Source of the DNA: Podarcis melisellensis
Lineage: Eukaryota
Strand: one strand, 5' to 3'
Length of the DNA stretch: 64,000 nt
NCBI GenBank assembly: GCA_964234715.1
Contig: OZ174287.1
Shown: in pieces, positions 59,521-64,000 of the stretch
Position numbering within the stretch: position 1 is the stretch's first letter
Layout: each line of letters opens with the position of its first letter
Made by a program: the position numbers and the translations under genes
The notes under the pieces: generated by a model
Told to the model about the DNA's origin: nothing
The model's database searches: none
What the model saw: only the letters and a program-made list of their open reading frames with translations

Positions 59521-59672
59521 ATAACAAGAAGGGCAGTACTTTGTTCAGGCCTGAAAGAAATAAAATGCAGTCATTCACTGCACTGGATAATGGCATCAAG
59601 CCTCTCGGGGAAATCACAAACTCTTGTCTACAGTGAACTCAAAACCTTTTCAGGTTTTTACGTAATTGTGCA

Positions 59673-59674
<2 letters not shown>

Positions 59675-59758
<84 letters not shown>
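59675..59758. repeat. (CT)n microsatellite
   Basis: Seen directly. Confidence 0.95.
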
Positions 59759-59763
<5 letters not shown>

Positions 59764-59997
59764 GAATCTAATCTCCAGGTGCTGTCAGATATATCCCTGT
59801 CATATCTCTTTCTCCAGCTCTCAAGGCTTTGTTTTGTTTTTGTTTTTTGTTAATCACATTTTCCTAGTCTGTTCTCATCCATCCAACATTGCATTTCCAT
59901 TTTAAAGGTGGCCCAGAGATACCTTAATCTTAGGCCCCATCTGCACTATATATTTAAAGCTATATCATGCCACTTTAAACAGCTGCAGCTTTCCCAG

Positions 59998-60520
59998 GGT
60001 ATCTTTTTATATGCAACGGTGGCAGCAAGGGTTTTGATCGCAGCAAAATGGAAGAGTAATGAAATTCTCTCTATACAAGATTGGATCCAAAAGCTGACAG
60101 AATATGCCGAATTAGATGGTCTATCAGAAAAAATAAAGAATAAATCAAAACAGGAATTTGTTTCAAAATGGGAGGTTTTCAAAGAATATCTGAAAAATAA
60201 ATATAGTAGTTTAAATTCTGTTGCAGCATTCGAGGAACTTCAGTAATAGTTGCAAGGTAGATATAAGAAATTAGATTTATTAAGAATAAGTTTAATTATG
60301 ATAAAGGTGTGTATTGGCAATAAGTAATATGAAATTGAAATATGGAATATGGAATAGATGGGTGGTTGGGTATTTAGTGTTAAGACCAATGTATGTTTTA
60401 TTGTTTGCTAAGAAAATTATGTGTCTATGGTTATACTTGTGTGTAATTTGGTATTTGTGTTTTTTTTCTTTTTGTTGTTGTTGTATCAATAAAAATCTTT
60501 TTAAAAAAACACCAAAAAAA
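59998..60520 (+). mobile_element. L1/Tx1-like LINE 3' fragment
   Basis: FLYATVAARVLIAAKWKS..WIQKLTEYAELD..KWEVFKEYLK; aataaa and A tail. Confidence 0.75.
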
Positions 60521-60915
60521 CCCCAGCTGTAGCTTTCCCCAAATAATTCTGCTAAATTTTCTGTTTTACAATTTAAAATACTCATTTAAACAGCCTTAAA
60601 TATCAATGACTTCCCTTCTTCTCTTTCTATAGTTCATTTTGCATATCATAAAACCCTGCATATTTTACATAAACTAAACCATTCATTATACCATTATTAT
60701 ATCCATCAAAACTTATCCACACATATTCTGTCAGCTTAAATTGCCATTATTCTTTAGTTGGGACCTTGCCCGTTTTCCATTTTGGTGCTAACGAAGCATG
60801 GGTCGCAGTAGTAGCATGCATAAATAAGCTTTTTTGACACCTGGGAATCTCACTCTGAATTACCCCCAACAAAAAGGACTCTGGTTTTTTTGGAAAGGTA
60901 CTTTTAAACACCCCC

Positions 60916-61300
60916 CTCCAATTCATTATGAATTATTTCCCAAAACTCTTTTATTCTTTTACAGGTCCAACACATATGAAAGAACATTCCCTCAATCTCA
61001 TTGCATCTCCAGCACTTATCTGATTCTGTCTTATACATCTTAGCAAGCCTACTTGGAGTTAAATGCCACCTGCAAATCATTTTCAAGTAGTTCTCCTTCA
61101 AGGAATAATATGCTGTCAACTTCAAATCGCTTTCCCAAAGTTTCCCCCAGAGATTAAAATCTGTATTATGTCCTTTATCTATTGCCCAGTGTGTCAAAGA
61201 GGCTTTGACAAGCTCGTCTTTCATTTCCCAGTCTAATTAGAGATTGTGCATTTTAAATAAGGTTTTTTCTTTGTTTTGTAGAAGCTCTTTTTCAAATTGT
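60916..61300 (-). mobile_element. L1/Tx1-like LINE ORF2 fragment
   Basis: KMICRWHLTPSRL..CWRC..G.FFHMCWTC zinc-knuckle region. Confidence 0.8.
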
Positions 61301-61404
61301 GTTCAAAATGTTCTGTCAATGTGAGACACCTCCTTGAGCTCAAAAGCGGAACACAGGGCTTTCAGTGGTTGACGGTGGTATTGGTATGGAGGGAAATCAC
61401 TGTG

Positions 61405-61413
61405 CGTAGTTCC
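61405..61413 (-). other. IGHD: DH segment 5' of V cluster, 9 nt (GGAACTACG)
   Basis: ggtattggt(61377)-12-cactgtg(61398) | D | cacaatg(61414)-12-acaaaaacc(61433). Confidence 0.85.
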
Positions 61414-61846
61414 CACAATGATACAGACACTTACAAAAACCTCCCTGCTCTAGATCTTTGCCAGTGATATCTACTGAGCGACTGAGAGCAAGAGGAAGGG
61501 AAGGGTCAAGGCAGAGATGTCTTTATTCACCTTAAGTCCAAGGCACAAAGGCAGGTACTTAGGAAGCTGAATGGTTCCATTGGTGCATCTGGCTTAGTAT
61601 TGTCTACCCTAAACACCAGCAGCTGGCTCTCCAGAATTTCAGATAGGAGTCCTTTCCGAGTTCTACCTAGAGATGCTGGAACTTGAACCCGGGATCTTCC
61701 TCATGCAGAACACAACTTTTTTGAGGATTGGGTGTCAGTACATTTCATTCCCATTTGTTGTTTGGAGTCAATAAAGAAAACAAAATGCTGAAAATATGTT
61801 TCTTTCTGTATCGATGTGCTTCTACCATTGGGGATGTTTATAGTTA

Positions 61847-62053
61847 CAGTCATACCTTGGGTTACAGGCACTGAAAGTACCGGAATGGGTTACTTCTGGG
61901 TTTCGGCAGTCTTGCATGCGCAGAAGCACTTAATCACACTTTGCGCAGAAGTGCCAAATTGCAACCCGCACGTGCACAGACGCGGGTTGCGAATGCTACA
62001 GGTTGTGAACATGCATCCCACACGGATCACGTTTGCAACCCGAGCATCCACTA
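61847..62053. mobile_element. Degenerate Tc1/Tigger-like MITE
   Basis: ta-cagtcataccttgggtt ... aacccgagcatccacta-ta imperfect TIRs. Confidence 0.45.
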
Positions 62054-62078
62054 TATATCCATATCTCTGTGCACAGAT

Positions 62079-62215
62079 CAGGGTTTCCCAAACTTGGCTC
62101 TCCAGCTGTTTTTTGGACTACAAATCCCACCATCCCTAGCTAGCAGGACAAATGGTCAGGGATGATGGGAACTGTGGTCCAAAACCAGCTGGAGAACCAA
62201 GGTTGGGAAACATTG
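62079..62215. mobile_element. hAT-type MITE
   Basis: Same family as 16020; TSD gcacagat/gcatagat. Confidence 0.85.
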
Positions 62216-64000
62216 GCATAGATAAAAAGTACACCTCAATTTAGGAGAATGGATAGGTACTCTGTCTACTGCATTCAGAGTTGAAATTGCAATATCCTCT
62301 TTTTGGGTTCAGACTAGGTAGGCAACAATAGCTAAAACGAAATATGACCACGAGAGAGTCACAGTGATGAGTGGTATGCAATGCTAGTTCTAAATCAGAG
62401 TAGACCCATTGGAGTTAAAAGGGATAATCAGTTGGGAAAATGGCTACCTTGGAGGACAGCCTTGTGTCCACTATATGGCTTGGACTATATTTCTCATCAT
62501 CTTCAGGCAGCACAAACATGTAGTCCGAATAACTGAAGGGCATCTGGTTGGAGAAGGTTGAGCTACTACTACAGGACCATTCCCAAGAATTCTAGCCAAG
62601 GCATCCCATGTTAACAAAATGGAGGTTTATTAAAGCAACAAAAGCAACCAACATTATTCCCTACAGAAGAAGCTCCCCTACATCTCATTAAAAACAAAAC
62701 AAATCAAGAATGCTATGCAGCAGAATAAGGATAAATTGGGAAACCTTGGAGGGGTGCAGCTGCTGGTAATCAAAACTTATATGTTTTAAACCTTGGGAAA
62801 ACACTTAAATAAAAAATGAAACAAAACCCAAACTATTCACCAGGGTTTAGCGAGCCCTGGAATTCCTCTTACCTTCAAAAGGACCTTCTTGTAGGTTGTG
62901 GGTTGTGAGGGAATCCACGGAATGTCACAGTCCAACTGCAAATGAGGGTTGTGGAAGCAGATGTGGGGACATGTTGGTACCTGCCCCACACCTGATATGT
63001 GAGTTAGGGGAAATGACATGTACACATGCTTGGCCTGATTAGGCCCATACTTATACCAACCCCGGGCAACTTCTCTTCTGACCCTCCATTATGGTGTGCT
63101 CTGGAGGGCTTCAAATATCATCTGGAAGATGCTTCTTGAAATACCATGGCTGTAATGGGATCCTCTGTCTTTCTGCCAGAAATGAACCATGTTTCTGGAA
63201 GATGGGTTCTGGTCTGTGGGCCTCTTCATCAGTTTGAGCTACAGAATATGTGTACACCCACCTGTCTAGCGTACAGCACCTCCTTCCATAGCAGGTTCAG
63301 CATCTCTGAACTCTTCGGCCCCTTTTAACATGTCCTCTTTCTCAGGGCAATTGGCAGTGGTGAATGATTGCCTGTTCTTTTCTCTCCAGGCAGCTTTCTT
63401 TATGCCATGGCTTTGCAACCAAATGTGCATCCCATACTTTAGGTGTAATATCCTCTCCAGGACTGAGCCAATAATAGACATCCTCTTGTCAGAATCCTTG
63501 TGGGAACTGGAAGAGGCACACCTTCCCTTGGGTCTCAAGATGGCTCCAGACCTCAGGCAAGATCTATCTTTAGGCCTCTGTCCCACCTTCTGATCTCTAC
63601 TGTCTTCTTCAACTTGGACGTTGTCGCTGTCCCAGTCTCCTGCTCTCTGCCACTCACATACATTGCTGAACTGGGGCTGGCCTTCTATTTGCGGGTAGCA
63701 TTGCTTGCAGGGGGTCTCTGGCCGTGTCTGAGAAGCATCCTTCGGGACCAAGTTGGAGATGTTCCCAGACTCTCTTTCTACACCCTCACCTTTGGTTTCC
63801 AAGTGAATCCAATCCGAAGGAGGGTCTGGCAATTCACTGTCTGCATCCAAAGAAGATGCACACGAGTCTCCAGAGGCCTCAGATTCTCCTGAAACTTCAG
63901 AGCTCTCACTTGAAGCACTTCTACTTTCTTCAGTAGACTGGGTGTCTTCCTGGTCCTGCAGAACCCGAGAGCTATTATTGGTGTTGAGAGATGGGGCAGG

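Noticed and set aside
63266-63960. 194-aa minus-strand ORF at the window end
   Set aside because: No motif I can recognise; may be a decayed TE or an exon of a neighbouring gene; needs BLASTX and the flanking sequence.

Overview
Vertebrate genomic DNA from a squamate reptile; Sauria SINEs, L2/CR1/L1/RTE fragments and hAT/Tc1 MITEs suggest a lacertid-type lizard (inference). The window is part of an immunoglobulin heavy-chain (IgH) locus transcribed on the minus strand. From 1 to ~21.6 kb is a DH cluster: about 14 D segments with 12-bp-spacer RSSs on both sides plus about 6 one-sided or decayed D relics. From 22.4 to 54.1 kb is a compact VH cluster: 17 V exons plus one FR3 relic and one orphan leader, about 9 apparently intact, typically with a 46-nt leader exon, TATA-like box, ATGCAAAT octamer and a 23- or 24-bp-spacer RSS. 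Unexpectedly, three more intact 12/12 D segments lie 5' of the V cluster (55.7, 56.7, 61.4 kb) with no J in between. No JH or constant exons were found; they should lie below coordinate 1. Main findings: (1) the D-V-D architecture; (2) a divergent CTCF motif pair at the V-D boundary resembling mammalian IGCR1, with co-oriented CTCF-like motifs among the Vs; (3) a D pair whose broken internal RSS and open frame could act as a 199-nt giant D; (4) a 43-nt D built from a 15-nt triplication; (5) a VH family with a 5-residue CDR2 and 24-nt RSS spacer; (6) unusual VH-VL interface residues. Most entries in the ORF track are spurious. All coordinates were read by eye; TE boundaries are approximate and there are two assembly gaps.
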